DNA of 64,000 nt from Eledone cirrhosa (Eukaryota). Each line of letters opens with the position of its first letter. Position 1 is the first letter of the stretch. The notes under the pieces are model-generated. The model worked only from the letters and a program-made list of their open reading frames with translations. It did not search any database and had not been told where the DNA came from. Location of the stretch: contig OZ024749.1 of assembly GCA_964016885.1 (NCBI GenBank), positions 11,160,001-11,224,000 on the forward strand, in the 5' to 3' direction. The translations under genes were made by a program, and so were the position numbers. Positions 52,134 through 64,000 of this stretch are shown here, one piece after another.

Positions 52134-54559
52134 ATCTACTACAAATGATGTCTCTAGCACACGACGATTCATCTACGGCAGAAATGGCAGTCCGGGCGGC
52201 ATTTACATTAAGAATTCCACCATTCTGGGTGCACGATCCAACACTGGTTCGCGCACATCGAACAGGATCGTTAGCGAGGCATCCCGTCTCACACATGTTA
52301 TCGGTTCGATGTCTCCGGAGATTATGAATGAGATTCGAGACCTCATTTTAGCACCACCCGGCTCTGTGTCGTATAGCACATATAAAACAACATTAAGCGG
52401 ACGTCGGAGTCGCAGCAGAAGCGCTTGCACCAGCTCCTCATATCAGAGGAATTAGGAGATAAAAAGCCGACGCAGCTCCTGGGAGAACATAAACTCCCGG
52501 ATGAAATTTTCAAGCAACTCTTCCTCCAGCGTTTGCCTTCTGCCACACAAGTTGTACTAGCATCCACCAGGGAGTCCACCACCATAGAAGAACTCGCCGA
52601 GCTGGCAGATAAGATCATGGCGGTACCACATCCGCACTCAACTTTAGCGAATGTGACGCCAGCCGTGCCTCCCACCAATCCTTTCCTTCAGCCCTCCAGT
52701 GCCACAGAGATGCCCGATCTACACCAGTTACTGGCACAGCAAGCAACACAGATACAGGCCTTGGCTCAACAAGTTCAGGCCTTGTCACTGGGCAACGCTG
52801 CCACGCGTCGGTCCGACAATCAAACTCGCCGATTTGGTGGTCGCTCAAGAAGTCCGAGCGCATCTCGGGATTCACCAGAAATGTGTTGGTACCACCAAAA
52901 ATTCGGGAGACGAGCGCAAAATGCAATCATCCTTGTTCATTTGTTGAATCAGGGAAACGACACAGCCAGAAACTGAATGCGACGGACGTTTCTGGCCCTC
53001 ATAACCAAAGTCGCCTATTTTTCATTCAGGATCGCGTCACAGGCACGCGTTTCCTGGTCGACACCGGTGCTGAAGTCAGCATCATCCCCGTTTCCTGCGT
53101 TCCTGGAAAAAAGAGAGAGACACCAGCCTGGCTCCAGGCGGTGAATCACTCACATATTCCGACCTACGGAGAACAGTCCCTGACACTAAATTTGGGACTA
53201 CGCCGCACTTTCCAGTGGGTATTCGTTGTGGCTAAGCTGCCGACCCCTATTTTAGGAGTTGACTTTCTTCAGCACTTCTCGCTGCTAGTGGACCTGAAAA
53301 ACAAACGACTCGTTGACAACTCCACTGGTCTCGCTGTGCGTGGCATAGCCGCTAGGACAGCCACAGTCAGTCCAGTCATTTCACGATCGACAACAACAAC
53401 CCGGCACAACCACATCATCAACAAATACCCAGACGTAGCTCGACCACTATTTAACACTTGCCCTGTAACCTGTAAAACATGACGTCACACACCACAAAGA
53501 CACACGGCCCACCTCTCGCTGCACGACCTAGAAGGCTACCACCAGACCGGCTGAAGTCCGTCAAACAAGAATTTCAGCACATGCTGGATCTCGGCATCAT
53601 TGGTGGTGTGATCGTCACAACAAGGGAGGCATCTCTTGCTACACATCATTGACTTTCCACAACCTACATCTCTCAGCAAACTGCGAGAATTTCTTGGCCT
53701 GGTTAACTTCTAGAGAAGATTTATACCCCACTGTGCAGAGACAGCCCAACCACTCACAGATTTGCTGCAGCAGCGTACAACCAAAAACGCAAACATCAAT
53801 CTCAACGAAAAAGAATGTACCGCTTTCGCTGAGCTGAAGAAAAGGTTGTCCGAGGCTACAATGCTGAGTTACCCCAAACCTGACGCCCCGATGTGTTTAT
53901 TGACTGATGCATCCGATTTCGGAGTTGGAGGTGTGCTTCAACAACTCTCTGGCGATATTTGGCGACCTGTATCTTTTTTCTCTAAGCGATTAAAACCCGC
54001 CGAAACTAAGTACAGCACATTCAGTCGTGAATTATTGGCAGCATACCTTGCTGTCAAGCATTTTCGACACATGCTAGAAGGTCGTGTGTTCTCCATACAC
54101 CGACCACAAACTACTAGTGTACGCGTTCAACGCCAAGCCTGACCGACACTCACCCAGGGAGGTCCGACATCTGGACTTCATTTCTCAGTACACTACTGAT
54201 ATTCGGTACATTAAGGGTGCCACCAACTCAGCAGCTGATGCCCTATCGCGCATGGAGCTTAACGCAATCCACACCACTGCCACTATCGACCTCCAGAAGA
54301 TTGCAGCGGATCAACAGAATGACGAGGAACTGCTGCAACTCCGGAAATCAACAAAGACACCCGCGAATGGGCTAGGAACTGTATCGCGTGCCAGAAGGCG
54401 AAAATTCACCGGCACCTCAAAGCCCCGATCGGTTCTTTCGCAACACCTGATGCACGGTTCCAACATGTGCACATAGACATCGTTGGACCTTTGCCTCCTT
54501 CTCACAACTACACTCATATTCTCACCTGTGTCGACCGATTTTCTCGCTGGCCAGAAGCT

Positions 54560-54917
54560 TGTAGTGACCTACATTCCGCGGGCTCACATACATTCTCTGT
54601 GCGTGATTTGGCTCAGCCAATCAGCGCCAGTAGAAGAGAATGTATCTCTACGTGCCCTGAAGGAAAAGTTCCCGCGTTGATTTGAAGAATCAGCCTCTCG
54701 CTTCCTGTCTGAAAAGGTAAACACCTAACTTTCTTTCGTCGTGAAATCACTAGCCAACATGTAACACAACAACTTAACCACGGCCTGGCAACATTTCCAC
54801 CAGTAGACCGTGCCTCCTGAATTCCTTAATTCATTCTTTCATCTCTCTTGGCATGTCAGCTATTCAGCTCAATCTTCGTAAATAAATATTGTACATACAA
54901 CCTAGTGTCTTGTCATA
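54560..54917 (+). mobile_element. Solo LTR nested in the integrase gene
   Basis: Starts TGTAGTGAC; TSD (A)AGCT on both sides; removing it restores RWPEA|[10 protein letters not shown]; AATAAA near the 3' end. Confidence 0.85.
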
Positions 54918-55127
54918 AGCTTTTCCCCTGACGGGTATTACTGCGGAAACTCGCCAAAACGCTAGTGTTTCACTGGGTTTCGCGTTTCGGCACACCCGCG
55001 ACCATCACTACGGATAGAGGACGTCAGTTCGATTCGCACCTCTTTACCGAGCAAACACATCCGTACAACAGCGTATCACCCTGCCGCTAACGGCATGGTA
55101 GAACGCTTCGACCGCCAGCTAAAAGCA

Positions 55128-55942
55128 TGTAGCGGTTGTCTCCCTTGTTTTGATTAGGATCTAGACGGGAAGTGGAACCCTTTCTGCAACTTCCGGTCAG
55201 AGCCCTATAAAACTAACAACGTTAAGCTTCCTTCCTCTCTCTTTGCCTTTTCGGCACCAGGTCAAGAGTCTTCTCATTTGGCTCTGCCATTAATTTGGCC
55301 AACAGGCGCCTGGCTAAGGCCAGGCGCCCTCTGCCAGCCGCGTTTGCCTGGCAATCAAAACGGTAACTACTAACTTTGTTTCATTCTAACATCTATCTTT
55401 GACATGTCAAGTATTCTATCTACCGTTAATTAAATATTATATACACAAACATTGTCTCGTTTTGTTACATTCATACAACCAGTAATCTCGCTATATTGGT
55501 GACCCTGACGTGATACGAACACGCAGCCGTTCATCGCTATAAGTGGTCACCCCCAAAAAAAGAAAAAAATAGCACATCTGGTTTTGTGAGTAACATTACG
55601 AATACACGGCAAATTTAGCGACAAACTATGAAAATACTCAAGGACACGCACACACGTACATGTGGAATTCGCACAGACATACTTTTTCTCTCACGCATCA
55701 ATTAACTGTCGCATTTCACCAATATATATATATATGTTTCTCGTTTCTTACAACGAACACTTTCAAAACAAAAAAAACATTTCACGATATATATATATGT
55801 TTCTCGTTTCTTACAACGAACTCTTTCAAAACACACACAAAAAAAAAAAAAAGAAATTTGATATTCTTTAAAAAACATTTCAACAGGAACATTTATTTTC
55901 GATGAACCATTGCCTTTTGTTCTTCGTTTTCTTCATCGTTCA

Positions 55943-55974
<32 letters not shown>

Positions 55975-57247
55975 CCAAAAGTTCACACCTATAATTATGC
56001 TGATTGAAGCTTTTCTTTTTCATCATTGTCACTTTCAAAATTGCACTATCATTTTCTCGCGCGTTAGAAATATTTTTTTTCAACCTTGTATTGGCACGTG
56101 TAGGCAGCATAAATTCTCGATTCACTGAGATGTCTCTTACTCACAGACAGCCGCACGCCATTTATCACCAGGGATTCTTCAGCCTTAAGCTATATTCTTC
56201 TATTTGCCGGTTTATAAATTTACAATGTAAATTTACCGTTGATAACCGCGCATTTATTAAGAATGCTTATTTCTCTGGTCGCTGGCCTCTTGACCCTTCC
56301 AGGTCAACGCATTCTCAACATCGACCATCAACTTCGGCTGCTATTTCTAGCACTTTGCGCAACTCATTTTTTTCTAAAAAAAAAATTTTTTACTGTGAAT
56401 TTAAACACCGAATACGCTCACTCAGCGAGACAACAGCAGCAGCAACAGCAATATAACAGCAACAGCAATACATCAACACAGCTTCACCAAAGCCAGAGAA
56501 TTTATTTTTGCAGCACTCTTCCTGTGAGAAAATCCATTCGGAGGTTGGAAATTTCACGATGTACCACAGAACAGAAACCACCTGCATTCATTCTCTGGAA
56601 CACTTTCTTTCCTGCTGTCATGTGATTGCACACCTGTGAACTATATTTTGAACTTTGAGCTCTTTTATTACTTTTACTTTATTACATTGTATCTTTGGGT
56701 GATGGATAGATGGATGTCCAGTCGTTCTCTGGCCAAGAGCGGTTGGCTACCTTGATATCTATCATTGATTTTTCCAAACATTCTTTTGTCGTAATTTTCA
56801 TGCCTGTTACAACATTCTCGCCAACTTGCTACATATTTTCATTTCGATTTTTATACACTAAAATTCTGGCGGGAGGTTATGTAGCGGTTGTCTCCCTTGT
56901 TTTGATTAGGATCTAGACGGGAAGTGGAACCCTTTCTGCAACTTCCGGTCAGAGCCCTATAAAACTAACAACGTTAAGCTTCCTTCCTCTCTCTTTGCCT
57001 TTTCGGCACCAGGTCAAGAGTCTTCTCATTTGGCTCTGCCATTAATTTGGCCAACAGGCGCCTGGCTAAGGCCAGGCGCCCTCTGCCAGCCGCGTTTGCC
57101 TGGCAATCAAAACGGTAACTACTAACTTTGTTTCATTCTAACATCTATCTTTGACATGTCAAGTATTCTATCTACCGTTAATTAAATATTATATACACAA
57201 ACATTGTCTCGTTTTGTTACATTCATACAACCAGTAATCTCGCTATA
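55128..57247 (+). mobile_element. Young non-autonomous LTR element (TRIM/LARD-like) nested in the integrase gene
   Basis: 368-bp LTRs 55128-55495 and 56880-57247, identical by eye; TSD AGCA; Trp PBS 55497-55528; PPT ggcgggaggtta; removing it restores RQLKA|SIKAYED; no gag/pol inside. Confidence 0.95.
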
Positions 57248-60200
57248 AGCATCTATCAAGGCTTACGAAGACTCCACTAACTGGTTCGAATACCTCCCAC
57301 TCATTCTTCTTGGTATTCGTTCCACTATTAAGGAGGGAGTCGGACATTCTCCGGCTGAAATGGTTTGACACCGTACTCGCTCTACCCGGACAAATGATCG
57401 CTCCTGTTTCGCCACAAGAACTTCTAGACCCAACAAAATATGTGCACCGCTTACGGTCATCGATGTCGCATCTGTCTCCAGCACGTTACTTCACATATAC
57501 CAAAAGACATCGATACATGGACGCATGTTTTCGTTAGAAATGACGGTATTCCATCGAATCTTCGCCGCCATTATATATGTATATGTATATAGATATATAT
57601 GTAAATAGATATATAGATGTGTGCGTGTATATATATAAATAAATTGGTCTTAGATAATTGTTGCTAAATATTTAAAAGTGTTGTAAATTAATTTCAGTTT
57701 TTAAAGCACTTTAACCCTCGGCATGTTCGTTCTACTGGGGGGTGCGTCACATTTGAGGTTTGTCAGGTGTTTTAACAAAATGGTCGGCACTCTGGTTAAT
57801 CACCAACACTACCCCTCCACACACAATAACATCTATATTTATATATATATATATAGACTAGTCTTAAATAATCAGGTGGTCAGGCCATTATAACGTGGAA
57901 TCTTAGTTTATGTTGATGTATTCTGGGTAAACAGTTTGTTTTTAGTTCCCTTCATAATATCGTCATTAGAGGTATGTGGGTTCAATTCCTGGACTAGGTT
58001 GTGTTCTTGAGAAAACATTTTATTTTACGATGCTCCAGTATACTCAGCTGTAGACTAGCGCCCTGTCCAGGGGGTAGTCTTATATTCTTAGATGTTTCAT
58101 GCCATGGAAACCGGGGTAAGGACCGGCGTGATGAGCCTCCGAGCTTGGGACAGACTTTAGATATCATCAACCATTTGAACAGCCTTTTTTTTCTCAGACA
58201 CCACCCCTCGGGGTACCGTATTTCTAATGGAATACACAGCCTATGTGCCTCAATATTGGAAATATTGAATAATTTAATGATTTCTACTTTAGGTACAAGG
58301 CTAATAATTTGGGGTGTGGGGGAAGTCGATTAAATGAACCTCAGTACATTACTGGTACTTTATTTATCGACCACATAAGGATGAAAAGCAAAGCTAACCT
58401 CAGCGAGATTTGAATTCGGACTGTAAAGGGCCGTAACTCTGTGTTGTAAAGCATATTGTCCGACGCTCTACCGATACAGCCAATCCATAATAAAACCACC
58501 TGGCTATCGTTAACCTGTTGTGTGTGGGTCACTTAATCTGGATGGAGATCACCTTTGTTGTTCTTCCTCTACCAGATCCAGCTGGAATTCCTCCGCTATT
58601 GTCTTTAGTACTTTGGTCTTGTTCCACCCAGTTACTCAGAGATATTTCATGAGATTGTAGGCAGATATTTCTCCCAACCCTCTCCCTCCAGGACTGTGAC
58701 AGGGAAACCTACTTTTTAAAGAACTTTCTCCTGTATGTCTGTCATTCTCGTAATCATAGCTGTTAACAGATCGATATCGATTAACGGCATGACGACCTTC
58801 CCGCTCCGTAAGACTAGGATGTCATACGTTGTGACAACATTGTGTGTTCAGTGACCAGGCCAGACTTTGCTGCTCGTCATGTCAAAGTATCGGCCACCAT
58901 GTTTGTGATTGAGATTTTGGCAGTGGAGAATTCCAGTGTTCTTGTCCCCCGCCTGACCAAGTCCCCCTTTGCACGGCTATCGGAGGGGGGTTAGCTACCC
59001 ACACGTGTGAGCCCCGTGAGGTGCAGTGGTTGTTTCAGTATGTCTCCCTTGCCTTCCTCCCTAGCTCCAGAACCACAAGACCCTTAAGTTTCATCTATGG
59101 TGGGGGCATGTAGAATATATTTATTTAAACACTATTGTTATTTTAATAAAAAATGAAAAACCTATGTGTTTGTTTTTTATTCACAAAATTAATAAAAAAT
59201 GAAGCACCTATGTGTTTGTTCACAAAATTAATGTTGAAAATAAACAATAAAATGCAGGGATTTAATAATAAAATTCAATATGTTCATAATGATATTTTCC
59301 ATAATTCCACTCTTGCGTCATATCAATCAACTTAGTCCCAGAATTCTTGTTCTACATTCATCTACAACCCCACCTTCACAATGTTACAAGCTTTACAGAA
59401 ACTCTTGCTAAATGGTTTAACAATGGACAATAGCAGCTTTCTGAAAGGTAACGTAGATTTTTATATTACGTTGAGATATTTCTGTAAATCTTTCCCTCTT
59501 AGTCTCCTTCGTATGATCTACTATTTACACCCACCTAGTTGTTCTCTTGTTAACGTATTCTTAATTAAATACACACTCACCTGTTTCAATACATTGCGAA
59601 TATACAGTATATTAAATTTATATTTTTTCTTAATAAATATGTATCTAAGTGTAGTTTAAAAATTGTTCCTACTTCTTCCTGGGGTAGTTCCTTTTGTCTT
59701 TATCAAATCCTTCTGTCGACTAATTCTCCCTATCACTGCGTGGTTGTCTTCCTCTCAAGATCTAACTCACTAACAGCAATCGAACATGGTAGTTTCGATT
59801 GTTGACTTTTCCAAAAGCTGCCCACCGCTTGTAATCTTTCTGAGGTACACGCAATAAATCCAGCTGGTCACCATCTATGTTTTAAACCCTCTTTCTCCCA
59901 TTTGACTCTCCCGTATTTAATTCTATACACCTATTTTGTTTTCATCTTAACTGTGTGTGAAACTTCAGTAATTCTTCCCATAGTGGTGACACTGTTGGAA
60001 CTTCCATTCCTGGATCGTGTTGTGTTCTTGAGAAAAACACTTCATTCCACTCTGAGTACCAGCAGTATCTTGGGGTTTAACCCTGCCATAGACTGGTGCC
60101 GTAACCAATCGAAAGTTTTGTTTTCGTCTTAGCCCAAGAAGTGTTGATTATTTTGTCAGACACTGGACCATTTTTACTTGTTGGTAATACATACACACTG

Positions 60201-60499
60201 GTTCTTCTCCAGTACCTTGGTGTTTCAATTAATTATGAACATCAATAATAAATAACAACTTCGTAAAATACAATTCAATGTGTTTTTATTGACAAAAATG
60301 TATTAAAATACACGAGAAATATTGTTTAATTCTTCTCTTATGTTCCTTCTTTACAGATGTCCAGCCACACAAGTGTTCTGTAGAATGAACTAAGTTTGTA
60401 ATAAAACAGTTGTATCATATACTTTATTGTGTTGTTTATTTATTCCTGGTATGAAGGTAAAACATATTTTAAACAGCCTCATCAAGGTTTCGAATCTAA

Positions 60500-60770
60500 G
60501 GAAAGAAAGAACCATGAAGGGTTCGAATCTAACAGTCGTCCCAAAATAGTAAGTATCAATAAAGAATGTCAACAATGTAGAAAGTATCATTGAGGGTTCG
60601 AATCCTACAGTCGTCTAAGAACGTAGTATTAAAAATGCAATAAGAACCTTCAAGTATGTAAAGAAAGTATCTCGGGTTCGAATCCAACTGTCTTCTAAGA
60701 ATCTAAGTATCAAAAATGTAAAGAAAGTATCTCAGGTTCAAATAAGTTAAGAAGGTTCAAATCCAAACTG
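60500..60770 (+). repeat. Degenerate repeat containing ggttcgaatc (B-box-like), recurring at 62690-62830
   Basis: At least five ggttcgaat/ggttcaaat motifs with shared flanks. Confidence 0.55.
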
Positions 60771-60799
60771 CATATTGGATTAAATTTTGAAAAAGAATT

Positions 60800-60945
60800 C
60801 TCCACGGTGGTCAGGGACGGGCCTTGCATCTATGTGCCGGCCCCGAATAGTCCCAGGCCCAGTTAGCAATCGTACTACGAATCGAACGCCAGCCACGTAG
60901 ACTAGGAGTCCGAGACGCAGTTCGACTGAGTTAATTAGTGGTACT
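60800..60945 (-). mobile_element. tRNA-derived (Arg-CCT-like) SINE head or pseudo-tRNA
   Basis: Minus: taactcagtcg A box, ggactcctagtct anticodon arm, gcgttcgattc B box; no acceptor stem. Confidence 0.45.
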
Positions 60946-61799
60946 TATGGCTACTTTGGAAAAATTTTGATAAAAAAAAAATTAATATATGCAAACGGAA
61001 CAAAGGGAAGTAATTATGGATTCAAATATTTTTTTCATAAGACAATTATTAATGCATTGGTGGTGCTGTGAAGAAGGGGTATTCGATATCTGCCAATGGA
61101 TTGTTTAGGGAATTTAATTATGGGGGTTTATCGAAGTTCGATGGTGACCCTTTCTACAATTCAGGTTCCCTTCATCTACAAGATGTTGCGATAGAGACGC
61201 AAGTTAGACATGTCTTTCAACCGCGAGAGGGTAGCCAGCTTTGTTTACAGTCGAGCGATAGCCATAGAAGATTATACAGGTTAGACATGTCTTTTAACCG
61301 CTTTTTGGGCGACCTTATGTACATGCCTTTGGCCCTCTAAGCGAGCGTTAGCCACAGAGATCTTACAAGCAAGGAGAGGACATTTAAATTGGGTGTTCTC
61401 AGTCCTGGAAGGAGACTGAGGTGTGATACACACACTTCCACTGAAATATGTACTACCTGTACAGTCACCAAAGGAGGCAGGAACTGACATATGTACTACC
61501 TGTACAGTCACCCAATGATCCACAAGACAGTCACCATCGGTTTTCGATTGACAACCATAACTACACCCGTAACAACACATATATCACCAGCAACACATTA
61601 ACAATTTTCTAATGAAAAATATATTCACACCTGAATTACTTCCATTTATGCCGTTTACATATATTATTTTGTCAACAAATAATTAAAAATATAGATACAA
61701 ATGTGACTAATACGTACCTTGATGGACTCCGGGATTAAGGGTGTGGCCACAGGGAAGGGGTAAATTGTGCCATTGACAGAAGACCCCAGTTCTTGGGAT

Positions 61800-64000
61800 G
61801 TTAAGAGACAGGCCTAACCTTTTATAAGCTGCCGTATGGAGGGACAGCTACCGCAATATACTGTATATCAGGGGCATTAAAATACAGACCCATTGTTATA
61901 TTACATGTAACTGGGGCGACAGCTAACACTGTATAACAGTGATGTTAAAAGAGAAGCCCACCCATAGCTGTAACTGTGGGATGTAGAGAGGTGCAGCTAA
62001 CCCAATATACTGTATATGAGGGACGTTAAAAGAGAGAGTCAAACAGGCCTAATATTAGATGTTACAGCTGATGTGTGGAGGGACAGCTACGGCAATATAC
62101 TCTATATCTGGGACGTTAAAAGACAAACACACCCTTATATTAGAAGGGACACCTACCACAATATACTGTATATCAGGTGTTAAAAGACAGACCCATCTAG
62201 AGTTATAACTATAGACCGTATGGAGGGGTAGCTATTACAATATACTATATAACAGGGACGTTAAAAGACAGACACATCCTTACATTAAATGTAATTGTGG
62301 GTTGTAAGTATAGACAGACCAAACATTATATTAGATGTAACAGTGAGCCGTATGGAGGGACAGCTACCACAATATACTGTATATCAGGGACGTTAAAATA
62401 TAGGCCCATCTTTAGATATAACTATAGACCATATGGAGGGGTAGCTATTACATTATACTGTATATCAGGGACGTTATAAGACAGGTCTCCTTATATTCGA
62501 TGTCTGTATATCAGGGACGTTATAAGACAGGTCCACATTTTTATAAGCTGCAACTATGGGCCGAATGGAGTGAGAGACAGACACATTATATTAGATGTAA
62601 TTACCACACCACAATCTACTGTATATCTAGGACGTTAAAAGACAGACACATCCTTATATTAGATGTAATTGTGGGTTGTCTAAGAATGTAGTAACCATCA
62701 AGGGTTCTAAGTATCAAGGAAGTATCTAAGGTTCGAATTCAACTGTCTTCCAAGAATCTAATTAACCATCAAGGGTTCTAAGTATCAAAAATGTAATAAG
62801 AACCTTCAAGTATGTAAATAAAGTATCTCAGGTTGTATGGATAGACTGACAGACCTAACATTATATTAGATGTAACTGTGGGCCGTTATATATATCTACC
62901 TCGATATCTCATCAGATATGTGCAAAAACGCCGCATGTAACTTTAATTGTGGGCCGTAATGGGGAACAGCTAACACTGTATAACGGACGTTAAAAGAGAG
63001 GCCCATCCATAGATGTAACTGTGGGATGTAGAGAGGAGCAGCTAACACAATAGACTGTATATGAAGGACGTTAAAGGACAGATCCAGCCTTAGATGTAAC
63101 TGTGAGCCGTATGGAGGGAGAGCTAATACAATGTACTGTATAACAGGGACATTAAAAGACAGAGACAAACAGACCTTATATTAGATGTAACAGCTGATGT
63201 ATGGAGGGACAGCTACCGCAATATACTGTATATCAGCTGTTAAAAGACAGGCTCATCTTTAGATATAACTATAGACCATATGGTGGGGTAGCTATTACAA
63301 TATACTATATATCAGGGACGTTAAAAGACAGGCCCATCTTTAGATATAACTATAGACCGTATGGAGGGGTAGCTATTACAATCTACTGTATATCTGGGAC
63401 TTTAAAAGACAGACACATCTTTACATTAGATGTAATTGTGGGTTGTAAGTATAGACAGACAGACCCAACATTATATTAGATGTAACAGTGGGCCGTTAAG
63501 GGACAAACCCATACTTAGATGTAACTGCAGCCGTATGGAGAGGCAGCTACCACAATATACTGTATATCAGGACTGTTAAAAGACAGACCCATTCTTATAT
63601 TAGATGTAATTGTGGGATATACAGAGGGGCTGCCACAACTGTATATCAGGGACATTTAAAGACAGGTTCACCTTTTTATAAGCTGCAACTGTGGGCCGTG
63701 TGGAGTGAGGGACAGATGTAATTATGGGTCGTATAAAGGGGCAGCTACCACAATACACTGTATATAAGACAGACCTAGCCTTACATTAGATGTAACAGCT
63801 GCCGTATAGAGGGACAGCTACCACAATATACTGTATATAAGACAGACCTAGCCTTACATTAGATGTAACAGCTGCCGTATAAAGGGACAGCTACCACAAT
63901 ATACTGTATATAAGACAGACCTAGCCTTACATTAGATGTAACAGCTACCACAATATACTGTATATAAGACAGACCTAGCCTTACATTAGATGTAACAGCT
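61800..64000 (+). repeat. Diverged ~73-bp satellite, more homogeneous toward the window end
   Basis: Unit ttagatgtaac..ccgtatggagggacagctaccacaatatactgtatatcagggacgttaaaagacag; period 73 at 63761/63834/63907. Confidence 0.9.

Larger units (their letters stand above)
51369..57575 (+). mobile_element. Decayed CsRn1-clade Gypsy element: 5' LTR 51369-52091, tRNA-Trp PBS, gag, PR, RT core deleted, RNase H, interrupted integrase, no 3' LTR
   Basis: IPPFWVHDP gag start, CWYH..KCNHPC (CHCC), FLVDTGAEVS, LTDASD, YSTFSRELLA, HIDIVGPLP, TDRGRQF, ANGMVER; G GGA AAC 52952-58 with a downstream stem. Confidence 0.9.

Noticed and set aside
55249-55259. TTTCGGCACCA in the nested LTR equals the tRNA-Phe 3' end
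   Set aside because: 11 nt in sense orientation in mid-LTR with no further match; cannot be distinguished from chance.
58980-59105. Possible HDV-like ribozyme at the 5' end of a minus-strand LINE
   Set aside because: A P2-like gtggtt/aaccac pair exists, but I could not build P1, P3 or P1.1.
60800-60945. Functional tRNA-Arg gene
   Set aside because: No acceptor stem pairing or poly-T terminator; better explained as a SINE head.

Overview
Eukaryotic, AT-rich, repeat-saturated genomic DNA. The long (TA)n tracts, (GAT)n-tailed RTE LINEs and SINE types suggest a coleoid cephalopod such as Octopus (inference). 1163-23351 (+) holds the last 10 coding exons of a CACHD1/alpha2delta-family dCache protein. 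I assembled these by hand with GT-AG sites and consistent phases. The protein keeps an intact amino-acid-sensing motif, has a Cys-rich insert and ends in a GPI-like tail. 24.8-37.2 kb is a giant TA-based microsatellite field containing Penelope remnants. 46.0-50.2 kb is a full-length LTR retrotransposon whose primer-binding site matches the 5' end of tRNA-Phe rather than a tRNA 3' end. 51.4-57.6 kb is a decayed CsRn1-clade Gypsy element with inverted termini, a nested solo LTR and a nested young non-autonomous LTR element. Both Trp primer-binding sites there run well past 18 nt and carry an m1A58 misincorporation signature. About ten minimal hammerhead ribozyme motifs (Penelope type) and several foldback palindromes are scattered through the window. 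Most ORFs in the track are microsatellite artefacts. tRNA comparisons use my recollection of metazoan tRNA sequences and need checking against this genome.
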